A stretch of DNA of 64,000 nt from Octopus bimaculoides. Lineage: Eukaryota. The position numbers and the translations under genes were made by a program. This document shows positions 1 to 14,565 of this stretch, piece after piece. Below the pieces are notes generated by a model, which saw nothing but the letters and a program-made list of their open reading frames with translations, was not told where the DNA came from and ran no database searches. Each line of letters begins with the position of its first letter. Position 1 is the stretch's first letter. The stretch spans positions 85,877,958 through 85,941,957 of the forward strand of contig NC_068984.1 of the NCBI RefSeq assembly GCF_001194135.2. Reading direction: 5' to 3'.

Positions 1-659
1 TCCACCTTGGCAACTACCAAACCTCCTCTTGCCATTTTCCCCCACATCTTATTCTACAAAAATCACTTTGTTTAATACAAACACCCAAAAACTACAAACT
101 GCTAATACTCCCACTCATCTCATATACTTCCTACAGTTATCAACCTCAAGAAATCCAAGAGGAACACCAATGACATCAACCTCACAACAGTCCGAGAGGG
201 CCTATAAAGGAAATAGGAATTGGCTCCTCCCACCACTAAATAAAACATAAAAACACTCCTGACAAGGACAATCCTGAAAATAAACACATAAGTGTTCAGT
301 GTAAGTAAACATGCTAATCAGTTTCATACTATACATTCCCCTGAAAATTGTTAGCCACTGATACTATGCTATAAACTGAAGCAGCAAAATCATTATTTCA
401 ATGACATTAAGATTTGTGGTTATTCACCAACAATGATATAACTTAAAAGTTAACTTATTTTTGCCTTACTAGTACCTCTTCAATAACTGCATTTGGAGAA
501 GTCCCTGAGAAAATTAACAATTTATTTACCAAGAATATGACAGTGAATCCAAGATCTAGTTCTGTAATGCATGATTACAATAATAGTTATAAACTTAGTC
601 TGTAATGAATCTTTCAGTTTGTAAAGTGACTAATGATATTTTTGCTATATGTTGTAACA

Positions 660-745
660 ATTAACTTTCTGCAAATGACAGCTAGAATGCATTTGATCAT
701 ACATCTCATCAATCAGGACTGACCTAGGGCTAAACAACAACTACC
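660..745 (+). repeat. 3' end of interspersed repeat family E (CAA-tailed, SINE-like)
   Basis: GATCAGGACTGACCTAGGGCTAAACAACAA tail shared with other copies in the window. Confidence 0.55.
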
Positions 746-2401
746 GCCACAACCACCACCACCACATCACCATCCTCAAACTATCTCAGCTCACACACAA
801 CCTCGACTACCTCAACTCATCACACTCAACTAACCACCACCACCACCACAATAAACATAAAAATACTGGTTTAGCAGGTTTATATATGACATACAACAGA
901 ATATTTTTATCACAATAAACAGCAGAGACTGACTTCTGTATCACAAATTTTCTTGCCAATGATTTCACACTTCATTCAACCTGTAACTGTACCTTAGAAA
1001 CCCATTGTAATTCTGACTAACTTCACTGAAATGTAGGTCAGATTCTTCACAGCTTCTTTGATAAAATGTTTAATTTATTCATTTAATGTAATTGCAGTTA
1101 ATTAAGTCTCCTCTCTCTTAGATGCTTGCTCATCAAAAAGGACAACTCTAATGAGACGAGTGTGTGGTTCATACCCATGAACCAAACACTTGTCTACATT
1201 CAAGAGAGGACAGCTGCATTGTTTGAAGTATGAACAGCAATATATAAAGCTATATGTACAGTTATATATAAAGCAAGATCTGAAAACACCAACAAAAAGC
1301 TTATAACAAAGTCACTTGATCAAAAACTTCTATGATTGCATTAAAAGAATCATATCTCCTTCTATTAACACACTGGCACAAATGTTTGGCCTAGCTGAAT
1401 TGATAGAGTAGTAGATTACCAGACTAAGGATTCACAATTCATATCCAGTTACTGGTAATTAATTGTCAAAGGCCCAGTCCACCTAGTTGGAAATGAGAAC
1501 CATGGGTTTGACTATCATCGGCAGGATTACTGAACAACTGTCTTCTGCAGTGCTGAAAATGAATGGCTGACCTTGCCTCAAATATAGCAGCTTATTGAGT
1601 TGTACAAGTATCTATTCACACTTCTATAAGCCCGTTTCTTTAAAGAAGAGAGGTAGAGATTTGTAAAGGGACCCAAAACAGGCTTTATAATATTTAGTTT
1701 AGTATCTCAAACATTGTGGTTCAATTCCACTGAAAGTTGACTGTGTTTCATTCTTTCTAAAAAATAAGGATATCAACCAAATAAGGAGAGAAGTTGGGCA
1801 ATCAACTGCAGCTCATTCTTCATAAAAAAAAAGTGCATCAGAAAGTCACTCAACAGAGATCATTATTCAGATTGATTAGTTGAAGTAAGCAGGTTGCAAC
1901 CAGAGCATCGCATGCCAAGGATTGAACTCACTTTTGGACAAGTTTAACCTTCACACAAAAAAAAAACCCACTAAAATTTATAATTTTATAGATCTTCATT
2001 TCAGTTATAAAAAATATATATAGTTTTGTAGGTGTGCAAACCTGTTCGTATTTGCTTACATCGATGTGCATATGAAGGTGCATGTGTGTTTGTGCAAATA
2101 TATGTATGTCTATCTACTATATGTATGCATTTCTATGCACATCTATATCTATATATATTTGTATTATTGTATGTGCATGTATAAATACACACACGTTTCT
2201 GTATCTTTGCATATGTATGTGTTTCTATGTTCGTGTGTAGATAGAAAGACCAACAATACACATATGCACAGAAAGGGTGTTTAAATCTAAATTTGAACCT
2301 TTATTTACTCATAACACACACTTTCCTATTATGTTACTTGTGCAACAAGAGTGTAATGAATTATATCAGTTCATATTCAACACCTCTTACTATCGCCTAT
2401 C

Positions 2402-2633
2402 TCTTATTTCTTTATTGCCCACAAGGGGCTAAACAGAGGGGACAAACAAGGACAGGCAGAGGGATTAAGTCGATTACATCGACCCCAGTGCGTAACTGGT
2501 ACTTAATTTATCAACCCCGAAAGGATGAAAGGCAAAGTCGACCTCGGCGGAATTTGAACTCAGAACGTAACGGCAGACGAAATACCGCTAAGTATTTTGC
2601 CCGGCGTGCTAACGATTCTGCCAGCTCGTCGCC
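2402..2633 (-). mobile_element. SINE family B, young full-length copy
   Basis: Head GGCGACGAGCTGGCAGAATCGTTAGC, core GTTCTGAGTTCAAATTCCGCCGAGGTCGACTTTGCC and an AATAAAGAAATAAGA tail. CpGs are retained. A 13-bp direct repeat TCGCCTATCTCTT lies at 2393-2405 and 2629-2641 (TSD partly overlapping the head). Confidence 0.85.
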
Positions 2634-3359
2634 TATCTCTTGCTCACCATCTCTCACTTCTATTATTTGTTATTAAAATTTATCACTCTTAACACACACA
2701 CACACACTCTCTTTCTATCTCTCTCTCTACTAACCATCATATAGCTGTCTGTCATTTTCTCCCATGAAACCCTTGCTCCTATCACTCTGTTAATCACTTC
2801 TGTCACCCTATTGCACTGGTCCTCTCCTAAAATTCCCTCCTCAATTACCTTCCCTGTTATATTATTTCTATTCACTCTCCTTATTAACAACCATCATGTA
2901 GCACTCTCTCTCTCTCTCCTCCGTTACTTCCATATTCCTATCACTCTAAACCTATTATTCCTACACTCCTATTACCCTAGTCCTCTTCTTCCCATCCAGT
3001 TGTATGGAAAGAAAGGAATGGATATAACTCTAGAAACAAGGAACACTTTAGATTTGCCAGAGACAAAACAACCTCTCAGCTACAAATAGGTAAATGAAGA
3101 AAGACAGCATAAGGTAACAAGAACTACTCAGTTCCACTGAGAAGAACACAACGTCTCTAGAGCTGGTGGAACAATAAGATGCAAAGGACCAACCCACATT
3201 AAGTGCAAAGGACCAACCCACCAAAGAGGGAAATAAGAACAGACTAACACTGAAAACCCATTCAAATCAATCCAGCTGAAAAAAAACAGATGTAAAATGA
3301 TTATGTTGCAGGCATATTTCTGTAGTTCAGAAGTTTCCTTCCCAATTACATGATTTTTT

Positions 3360-3725
3360 GGCACCTTGACCAAGTATATTCTACTATAGTCACAAGCTGA
3401 CCAAAGGCTTGTGAGTGGATTTGATAGACAGAAACTGAAAGCTAGTCACACGCACATGTGTGTGTGTGTGTGTAAGTGCATATGTTAGTGTCTCCTTCTT
3501 TTGACATTGCATGATAGTTGTAAATGAACATACTATCAAACAAGTGGCAGTCCTTCTAATCTCCAGTGAAAAGATGTCTGGCTATGAGAAAATATTATCA
3601 TTATTTTACTTGCAAACCAGTGAGAGTTGACAACAGGAAGGGCATTCAGCTGTAGAATATCTGTCTCAACAAATTCTATCCAACTCATGCAAGCAGAGAA
3701 ATGTGGATATCAAAACAATGGTGGT
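3360..3725 (+). mobile_element. Old composite repeat: SINE A head fragment, (TG)n and an RTE-type 3' tail
   Basis: AAAGGCTTGTGAGTGGATTTGATAGACAGAAACTGAAAG matches SINE A; GGAAGGGCATTCAGCTGTAGAA...GATGGT matches the RTE tail. Confidence 0.55.
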
Positions 3726-4791
3726 GATGGTGTGTGCATGTATACACACACACACTGAATTGTGATGAACAGAGAGAAGAGTACTCAATACATGTAGATT
3801 ATCTATTGATATAATAATATGTACCCATCTACCTTTTGCATTAAGGAAAGTAGTTCAAATAGTAAAAAAAGTCTAGTTGCAGTGGTGGCATTGATAGAGG
3901 TGTTAATGATGATGACTGGAAACATACAGATGGACTAATGAGGTCATCAATTGAAACATAAGACAAGACCCCACTCAACTGAGTAGGGGTGGTGTAGTAT
4001 TGAGGGAACTGGGTAAGGGGCTAGAAATTAAAGTATGATAGAGGGACAGGAACAGGTATCTTCTTGGAGACAAATTACAGGACTACTCACATTTTAGGAA
4101 AGAGAGAGTGGAAGTAAACAGTGTGAAGTTGGAATGAGAAATAAAATGGTGATGATGTGGTGTCAGAGTGGGCCTTCAATGTAGGAAGTGAGCAGAATTG
4201 AGTAAGGATAGAAGAAAAGGGAATGCACAGGTGGGTAAAGGTTACAAGGGTGTATGTGAAGAGTGAGGAATGGTTAGAAGTGGAAAATGGGTGGGAGGGG
4301 TGAATATAATGAATGAGGAACAAGTGTTGAGGGATGGTAAGTATACATTGGAGGGAAGGTAGGGAAGAATAGGTGATGACTATCTAGATCCACCCATCAA
4401 TCCTATCTGATCTCTATAATGTCACTGTTCATACCTAAGTGAATGCTCAATGTCCAACCATTGAGCATTTGAGAAATCAGAGGAAATAGTACCTTACTGG
4501 AAAATAAGAGTTGGCAACAGAATAGGTCTCTGGCTACAGAAAAATTGCCTTGATAGACAATAAGTTTCAAGACGGTGATGATGATGGATGATGGTGTGTG
4601 TGTTTGTTTCCTATGGTCTTGCATGTGTTCCTATATATGTGCACATCTATGTCTGTATGCATATCAATGTTTGTGCACATGCACATATTTTATTTTCATC
4701 AATATCAAGACAGTGGTATGGGTTTGAAAAATCCAAACGAAATGAAAAAAAAAAAAAGAGAGAAAAGTAAAATAGTTTTAAGTCTACTTAC

Positions 4792-5491
4792 CTATATATA
4801 TCTGAACTCCAGGCTCTTTGGAATTATAAAGGTAAGATATAGCAATGGACATGTTGAAAAGTTTTGATTCAAACAGTCGTAATAACCACGAGTGTTTAGC
4901 TGGAGGTGGTTTAGTTTTGTGTTTTGACTTGCATAACTGCTTGGGAGTGGAATCTATAACATGTCCATTCTCTATGGGGTAACCATTTTGTTCTTCAGAA
5001 GGAGTACAGTTTAAATTCAAACTCAAACCCTTTGAATTCAACCGGCTGCTATACAGAGAGTTTATATTGTTGGCATTTTCAAGGTCCATGTGGTTAGTTT
5101 CAGAGGTAGTCACAGCATTGTCTTCATCCATAGCTTCAGGCGTCTGTCGAAGTTGAATAGATTCTTCGTCCATTGGGCAGTCCTCATGATCATCACCAGC
5201 ATTTTCATAATACTCACTGCAGCCTTCATCAATTGGCAATGTGTCGTAATCACCATTTACTAAGGCTGAATCCATTCCCTTTTCTTGTCTGTACAACTCC
5301 TGACTGTCAGTGATGCTCTCTTCCAAAATGCACAAATTGCGATTTAGAAGCTGCTGGCTGTAGGTATTTTTCATGCCCCCATTTATTTCCTGGTGTATTG
5401 TGGGGTAGTGGCCATGTATTTTTTCCCCTACTTCACTGGCCACATTGCTTACAAATGGATACTCTGCTTGAGAAATTTCCATATTGTACAT
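4792..5491 (-). CDS. PI4KB: Phosphatidylinositol 4-kinase III beta, first coding exon (acidic N-terminal region plus start of the helical domain); partial gene
   Basis: The ORF ends in [35 protein letters not shown], matching the PI4KB hallmark [35 protein letters not shown] donor G|GTAAGT follows immediately (intron starts at 4791, phase 1). The track start at 5533 is TTG; the first ATGs are at 5491 and 5482. No downstream exon (NRLF...DFYLPQL) was found in 1-4790. Confidence 0.93.
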
Positions 5492-6072
5492 ACTATATAA
5501 ATGTATTTCTTTACCGTTCAATATGAGTACCAATTATGTGAGAGGAGTGAGAACAGTGTATAGGAGTTTCTACATTGCAATAATATGTGGTTGGAATGTA
5601 AGCTGACTGATTTAGATTCTTTGCAGGACTTCCAGTGGAATCAGCAAATCGTACCATTATGGCATAACACGCATCAATGCACAGACTAAATGTAAACAGT
5701 AACAGGAGTGGAGAAAAACCAAGATAACAATAAGGAACCAAATGGGAAAGTACTGCTAAAAGGTAACAGAAAAAAAAAAATTTAGGATTCTGCAAGAAGA
5801 GGAAGATCTGAAATTATATTGAAATAACTCTTGCAGAAGGTTTAACATTTAATGCAGTGTTTTATCACAAATATTCAAGATTTTTATGAATAACTTATCA
5901 CAGATGGTCAGCTCAAAAGAATAAAGTCTGGTGGATAACAGATGATCCTTGGAAAAAAAAGAATAGGCCAGTTCTTGCTGTAGGTCTTTGTTTCTCAGGT
6001 AACAAAACCACCAGACCATTAAAGTTGGTTCACCGATATTGACTTGAACGTGTCAACCATCAAAAGAGCCAA

Positions 6073-6096
6073 CTGGAAAAGAAGAAATAAAACAGA
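6073..6096 (-). promoter_or_regulatory. Candidate 3' splice acceptor for the PI4KB ATG-containing exon
   Basis: Minus strand reads TCTGTTTTATTTCTTCTTTTCCAG|TTGG, giving an exon start at 6072. Alternative acceptors would give exon starts at 5807 and 5789. Confidence 0.45.
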
Positions 6097-9000
6097 TTAT
6101 TAATTTATGGTCACAATAAGAATACCTCATAATGAAAACATCAAGAAAACAAAAACTTAAAAAATGATTTTCTACATTGGCAAACAGTCAAAAAATTTTT
6201 AGAAAAGGGACACAGCCATCTAAAGTAATGCCATCATGCTTGATGCTTATCTTAGAAAGATGGAAGGTGACATCAGCCTCTGACAGGATTTCAACTCAGC
6301 ACGAAAGAGGACAAAACTACATACTACATGTCATTTAGTTCGGTACTTTATTTCAGACAACTAATAATGTTTAGTATGAATAACAAAAGTAGAGTAGAAA
6401 ATGTACTTTGTGTTTAAATCCCGCTAATGTTAACTTTGTCTTCCTTCATGTGTTGATAAAATAAAGTACCAGTCAAGTACTGCTGTTAATATACTCAACT
6501 AACTTCTACCCTTAAAACTTCTAACCTTTTGCTTTTATCTTAAAGTTTATTATTAATAATGAAACAAAAAAAAAATTAGTAAAACAAACTCTGGACAAAA
6601 TGACTTGTGATATTTAGTTAAACTATTTTGCATTCAGACATCAAATCCTGCTAAGGTAAATTTTACAGCCAAGTGCTGAAGTTGATTTAAACAATTATGC
6701 CCACCATAACTATAGTCTTGTCTCTAGGTTAGGGATCATTAAATAATAATGATTCTTAACGAATGCAGAAAACCTACAAATATTTGTGAGAGAAAGTATA
6801 GTTAGTCATTAAATTAATATCAATATTTGACTGGTATATATTTTATCAAACCATAAGTTTGAAAAATAAATTCTTATTGAGATTTAAACTTAAAACTTTG
6901 ATGATGATAATGATTTCTGACACTGGCATGAGACAACAAATTTGAGAGAAATATATATTCAAATAAATCAACCCCAGTATTTGATTGGTACTTTATTTTA
7001 TTGGCACCAGAACAATGAAAAGTCAATCTTGAGAAGATGTGAACTCAATGACAATATGTATTTCTTAACTAGTTAGCAACAGGCCAGTTTCGCATCTAAT
7101 ATATGGTACACCTTTTTTCATCCTTTCAGGGTCGATAAAATAAGAACCAGTTGAGCATTGGAGGTGATGTGATAGATTTACCCCTCTCCAAAATTGCTGG
7201 CCTTGTGCCAAAATTTGAAATCAATATGTGGTATGCCTATGTTCTACAAAAATAAATTTTTTTAAATTCATACTCTCTGGAAATTACAATTTGAACAGAG
7301 ACAATGAAACTTGTGGTGGTCTTTTATAGGTAAAAATTAGTGATATTTATGAGTTAAGATAAATTCATATGCCTTAAGAAGAGAGGAATCTGATGTCTCA
7401 GGGAAGCCTTTTCATTCAAAAGGAATATCTTATTGGCATTCTTTTTCCTTTTCTTTGATACAAAGGGTTAGGCCAAAAATATTAGGCTCCTCTTCACACT
7501 GCAGCATACAGTTTATTAGAACATGAACTATTTACTGAAAATTAGTTGCTTTCATATTCAGCTAGTGTTTAGAACAGTAGGCTCTAATATGATGGAGGGT
7601 TTTAATTGAGATGCGAACATTTTAAAACAAGCAATTTAGTATTAAAGGTAGTCTCAGGTTGGTAGATATTAAAAGAGTTATCATGAAACAATAAGATGCT
7701 TTCACATTATCTTAATCTCCACAGCTAAGGCTTTTAAATACATAATAGAATTATCTACATTATAAACGCCACAAGTATTATGCATTATGCTGTGTTCTAT
7801 ATAAATACATATATATATAGATATATATATATACAGATAAAGATGTATGCATTGTCACACATACTACCTTTGACTGTTCAGGTTCAACTATGGATTATGC
7901 TTTCCCATTTTGGGTGAACTCTATTGATGAAAATGATGATGATTATTAAGAACTGAAATTATGCCTTTCAATGTAATTGGCCTAAACCTCATTTGAAAAA
8001 GAATCTTGCAAAAGATAAAAGACATATATAGATAAAAGATCACTGACTTGGATTGTCTGTCAGTAAAAGGATAATACATTCAAACACAACCTTACATAAA
8101 ACTATGGGAGTTTTATTTGTTATACTGTTTCTGTTTTCCTCACTGTTTACACGAACGTTTTCTTTTCGGACAAAACCCTTTGTAACCTTCGTCCTGTCTT
8201 TGTCCTTACATGTTATTAATTTATATTAGCCCTTGTGGCCAATAAAACCAGAATTAATTATTATTATGCGGGGTGGATGTGTTGATAAAATAAAATGCTA
8301 GCTGATTACTAGGGCTCATGTAGTCAACAATTCCTTCTCACAAAAACTATATATGACCTCATGCCTATGTTAGAAAACAATTTACCCTAAGTTTCATGCA
8401 AGCTTTTACACCACAACTTTGTGTGCTTTTGTGCCCCAGTCTGAACACAACATAGACCTTTAGGAATGTAGAAAATTGTCTTAGATCTGCTTCCCTTTGT
8501 CAGAAGATGTGTTTTGTTTACTGGTGTTATTTCAATGTTTAATCTTCATATGATGTGTGCAGTAGGTGTGTGATTCTGTGCTAGGAAAGTTGTGTAATAT
8601 TGTGCTGTGTTGGGTGTAAATTATATGGAGTATATGTTATTTTATTGAATGGTGACTGTGTTACATATGTGCTGTGTTGTGTTGTTGTTACTGATATATG
8701 CATATTGAGTTTTCAAATTCTGGTTGAAATCATTTTACTTGTACTTATTAATGTCCCTTGAAGAAAAGGAAAAACACAACTTCCCATTTCCTCTCTCAGC
8801 CACATGAAAACATCACAACTCTCTCTCTCTCTCTCTCTCTCTAAACCACTCAAAATATTAAGTTTCATAGTTGTTTCTTTTACCATTAAACTTATTTTGT
8901 TTTCCTTTCTCTTCTATATTGCACCAAATCAAAATACCAACAGACTTAACCCTGTAGCATTTAAACTGGTTATATCCAGCCCAAATATTTTACCCACTTT

Positions 9001-9799
9001 TATGTCCAAAATGACCAGATCCAGCCTCTCACACCTGCCCTACAATGTCATTCTAAAATAACTTATCACATCATCGAAATCTCAATGCTATGAGATAATG
9101 TGAACAAATAAGCATTACATTTAGTAGGGTAACCTGAATGCTAAAAGGTTAAGCCACCGTAACCAGCCTCACAGATTACTCCACCATACCCCCTACCCAG
9201 TAGTTAATACAAGCAACAGAACCTCTCAATACAAAAGATAAACATTGTCAAACTTATGTAACATTTCATGGTGACAATACTGATGATGGTTAAACAAGTA
9301 CACTGAAAAACTTAATAGCAGGCATATCAATTAACAAAAATGGTGGGAGGAGTGAAGGTTGTCAATGATAATCAATGAAAAAGGCAACAAAAAATAAAAA
9401 TCAGTCAATGAACAAAAATATAACAAGACTCAAAGTTGAATATATGGGTTGTTCAGAGATAAGGAGTTAGATAAGAAATAAAAACATCAGTAGCATGACA
9501 ACTCCATACACAAGTACAAAACCTCATATTTGTAGAGAAAGTGAAATGACAGAGTGATACACATTGTTTTGAAATTCTCAGCAACACACATGAAGTTTAA
9601 TGACAACAACTAGAAATATGAAAAAACCAAATTCAGAGTATCTGTTTGCTTTGAGCTTACTTGTTGCTCTATGATACTCACCAGCCAGTTACTAGTATTA
9701 AAAATGATTTCTTAGAAATGCTCAAGACCGATTTTCAGGTGACAGATATATCTGGTATCTATTCTATAAATTACCAATAGATTAAACTAATAAGAGAAC

Positions 9800-10190
9800 C
9801 TCAATGTGGTGACTTGTGCTTGAAAAAATAGCAGTCAAAACTTCCCTCAAATTACACCCTACCATCTTAAAAGAGGAAGGAGATACATTAACTGGCGATA
9901 CATTAAATGTGAAAAGAAAAGAAGAAATGATCATAACACACTTCGATTGTAGTTCTGATCAGGGTTCATTTGGGATTAGACAGTGAAGAGTCAATACAAA
10001 GGCTACTAGAACAGTTAAAAATAACCAAATCACCTTCAAATTCCAACTTAGCATCTTAAAAAAAAAAAAGCAGGCATTGGAAAATATAGTCCTAGATATA
10101 CTCAGTCTATAAAAATATGTCAGAATGATCATGATTTTTATAATAGGACTGCAAGATCATGATTTACCAGATATAAACAAGAACAACTAC
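9800..10190 (+). repeat. Tandem pair of degenerate family E repeats
   Basis: Two successive copies of the AATAGCAG.CAAA..CCCTCAAAT.ACACCCTACC.TCTTAAAA motif. Confidence 0.55.
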
Positions 10191-13100
10191 AAAGAAATTA
10201 ACAGTATAGGAAGCAAAAACACATGAAACTAAATCTAAGTTATTTTGTCTAGGAATTTACTACTGTAACCAGCAAAGAAACCTCTACACAGTCATACAAC
10301 CACTTAGAGATTGAATCCTAGATTCTTTAAAAAAATAAAACACTAGCATCAATACACTATCTTAAAGACAGCATCTTGGCAGTGACATGGGTTTTGATAA
10401 AGAGAGATTATATTATTTAGTGAACATTTTTATATGAGCAAAGGTAAATGGCAAAACACATGAAAACAAGGAGGTTCAGAACAAGGGTTGAGAATCCCTG
10501 ATGTAAAGGATTTCACTTTTGAGATATAGACATAATTGTTATTTAGTCCCTGACTAGCTATAACTGAACATATGATCTTTCATCCTAAGTTCATACCCAA
10601 ACTTACAATAAAAGCCTTCCAGATGCAACTGTTCATCTTTTTTGTATATGTGGGACTTGATTCTCAAATGTATTTATCTACCTTTTTTTAATGGCATAGA
10701 TATGCATGTATGAAGAACAGGGTTGACTACAAATTTGTTCCTGAAAAATTACTCCTTAGAGTACATACCTTGTCAAGGTTTATGTAAGATAAGCAGGTAC
10801 CCATGCAGCAAGTCTATGTTCACACTACTGATGTCCAATGAAAAAGCAAGGCCAGTACAGCATGGCACCAGCATCATTGCAAACAAATTCAGAACATTAC
10901 AAACCCAAACAGATACACGACATCTCATCCAACACTCTAACAACCTCATTAATCATTGAGCACTTTTGTGAAAAATACTTTGTCTTGTGAAATTAAGACG
11001 TGCTTTTGAAATCCATGAAATCTGCTTAATTTACCATGCATGCACACACACCACAAAATTTACAAGGCATTTTGATTGGGTGTCTTTTACTACAGCCTTG
11101 GGTTAGCCCAAGCCTTGAGACTGAAAATGAGTAGATGGAATCTGTGTGGAAATCCAACAAGCAAACTGTAACTATAATTGAAGGAGCCAACCTTGAAATA
11201 TAGTGTATCAAGCTGATTATGCCTGAGGATTATGTTATTAGTACACATTACTGTGGAATACTCAGTTACTTATTCATTCAATGACCAGGTAGTTCAGGTG
11301 ATAAAATTTCAGAACTGTCAAAACCACATGAGATCCATTTATTTTTACTTTGAGAGAGAGAGAGAGTGTGTAATTATTAGATATGTGTTCATGCATGTGT
11401 ATATATGTATTTGTGGTAGCAGTTATCATTTATCAAAAATAGGAGTAAGCAACATTGGAACTGGAATTTTGCACAGGCAAATATTAATTTCTTTAATATA
11501 GAGAAGATATATTCATTTGATACTGAGGTTTTACTCTATACTTCCTTTGAATTGCCTATTACTATTACACATTCTCAAGCTGTCTTGAAAAATAGGTGAA
11601 AACTCAGAGTAGCCTCAGCTTCAAATAAATTACTAACTACTACATGTATTGAGTAATTTTACTTTTGCTTGTGCACCTAAATACAGATATATAATTGTAT
11701 AAAACCAGGCATGAATGGAGTGAGCATTGATACAGGAGGCTTTCTACTTAGAACATCTATTTTGAAAATATGAATGGTGAGTAATATGCAATAATAGCTG
11801 CTATTGTAACTACAATAACAACAGCATTAACTTGTTTTCTTAGGAACAACCCTGCACTCTTGTTTTGTAAGAAGGAGGATGTACGGTCTAAAGACTTGAC
11901 TTTAATGTATCCTAGTACTTATCAACACTCCTGCAAAGAAAGATAAGACTTACCTTCCAGAAATGTTTGAAATCAAAATATGAGGCATCAAAATAAGATA
12001 ACATAAAGCAATATAAAGATTCCTTACATTGGCAGAAAGCCATCAAGAAATTTATAGGGAGATGAGTATAATCAATACAACTGACAACTGGTATATTACT
12101 TGTACATATGTTGCAATCCTAGTACTTGATTCTTTATTTTATTGACCCCAGAAATATTAAGAAGTTGACCCTAGCATGAGTCAAACTCAGCATTAAAAGA
12201 GCTCTCACAAAATTTCATGAGACATTTTGTAAGACACTGATGATTCTTTCACAACACTATCCTTGATAATAAAAATTGACACAAGAGTGATAAAAGCCAA
12301 AGTCAAGCATGTTAGGATTTGAACTATTATTTTGTCAATCATTTCAATAACACTGATAATACTTTCTAATATTGACCAAGAGCGCATTTAGTGTTTAAGG
12401 TGCATAATTGATTATATTAACCCAGTACTTGGCTTGTACTTAATTTTACTGACCCAAGATAGATGAAAGGCTAAGTCAACCACAGTAGGATTTGAACTCA
12501 AAACAAAGAGAAGCAAAATGTTATAGCCACCACTCAATAATCATAATCATTTCTAACTTAGGTACAAGTGCACAAATTGTGGAACTGGCCAGAGCTGATT
12601 AACTGAAACCCAGCACATATTAGAAATAACATGGAAGAATGAAAGATAGTCAACCTAAAAAGGATTTTAATTCAGAACATAAAATAATGGAATTAAGTAG
12701 TAGAAGGTATCTAATTTTTCATTTCTGTTTTTTTTTTTTTCTTGTAATCATAAAGAATTCTTAGGAATAAGGCCAAAAATTTTCAGAAAGAAGGGTTAAT
12801 CAATTAAAGCAATCCCAAATACTTAGTACTTTTATTGACCCCAGAAATACGAAGAGCAAAGCTGGCCTAGGTATGATATAAAATCAGAACATAAAAGTCC
12901 ATAACAAAATGCCTTGTGGCATTTTGTTAGATACTCTAATGATACTGCCAATTCACCACGCTTAATAATTAATGATAATAATAACAATATATAACTTTTA
13001 TGTAGGAGTTCCCAGAGAGAAGAGGCAAAGGTGGAGAAACATGTTCTGCTATAAATAGTTAGCAAGTGCTTTTTAACTGCTTACATTACTAAATTCAAAT

Positions 13101-13216
13101 TTTCCCATGATAACAATACCTTGCAGAAGAATGTACTTCACCAAACGGTGACCCCAATAGTTTACAAAACTACATCATTCTATCACCATGATCACTAACA
13201 CAAGGATCCCCTATAT

Positions 13217-13491
13217 CAGAGGTTTTCAAACTTTTTGACTTGCGGACCCCTTTATATTTCAGGCTTTACCTTAGGGACCCCCTTATAAACGCTTGTGAAA
13301 TTTATACATAAATATTTGCTTAAAATAACATATATTTTTACATTTATTTATTTAACAGTATTTAACAAATAGGTTTATTGTCAATTAAAAGATTTCGATT
13401 AAAAAACATATATAAAATCAAATTGCCCATAAAAAGTATTTGCTGTCCACGGACCCCCTGTGGTCCGCGGACCACAGTTTGAAAACCCCTG
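13217..13491 (-). mobile_element. hAT (Charlie-like) MITE, 275 bp
   Basis: TIRs CAG(A/G)GGTTTTCAAACT / AGTTTGAAAACCCCTG; 8-bp TSD CCCTATAT / CCCTACAT. Near-identical copy in the opposite orientation at 27148-27422. Confidence 0.92.
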
Positions 13492-13599
13492 CCCTACATG
13501 GTCGCTCAAGGAACAGTGGCCAAACTTACAGCATCTCGTCCTAAATANNNNNNNNNNTTTTTTTTTTTTTTTTTTTTTTTTGTATAAACTAGAAGTTTC

Positions 13600-14504
13600 T
13601 GATCATAAGTCTACCATACCAGAGCTGACTGATGGTTAAATAATAAATACAGAGTTCGTATGATAGTGCAATGAGTTCTATGCGAGACATTGAGAGTCTG
13701 GGAAATTAATCACCCAAGACTTCCTAAACGATCAGTATTTCCCCATGGCAAATAGCAATATGAAACTAGTAACACGCATGACTCACGGGATAACAAACAC
13801 ACACACTGACACACATACATATACATGTATATACATGAGGAAGAGGAAAAGGAGACAGAGATCAGTACAAGTTATGTTGTTTTGTTATTAATACATATTT
13901 AGATGTATGCGAGAATATTAATGTTTCTGACACTAGAAGCCATACTCCAAATAGTATCACACACACACATGAATAAGGCAAGTGACACATTCCATACTTT
14001 CAGCAAATGACCGAAACTAAATGGCACTTTTCATACACTGGTGCACAATCATAAGGAACACTTAAGATAATATACTGCAACAGTGAACAGCTACGTTACT
14101 TTATATAATACTGCGGCTTGGGTTAAATTTGAAACACTTCACATTTGGCTGGCCAGAGAAGAAACGAAAAGTAAATTGCTGAAGAATGAAAACGAATCTA
14201 TTGACTACATATAAGACAGGATAAGGAAGGAAAGAAAGAACGAACATAAATACATGTGTGTGTATGTGTTTGGTGTGTGTGTGAGAGAGAGAGATGTAGA
14301 GTCGGCCCTAAAACATCAGACTCCTCTTCCCTCTTACAGCAAATGAACTTATCCGAATTCACGAAATATAGGGTATTCCCTTTAGCTGTTGACAGGATAT
14401 CACGATTTCGGCACACGTCTAGCAGTGCTGTGCAGAGCAGCACTGATGCTATTAAAGAATGTCCGGTTCTATAGCCCATACTGTAACACCATATTCTCTT
14501 TTTA

Positions 14505-14565
<61 letters not shown>

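Noticed and set aside
1-4790. Search for the next PI4KB exon (NRLF...DFYLPQL)
   Set aside because: Not found by eye; it presumably lies left of the window.
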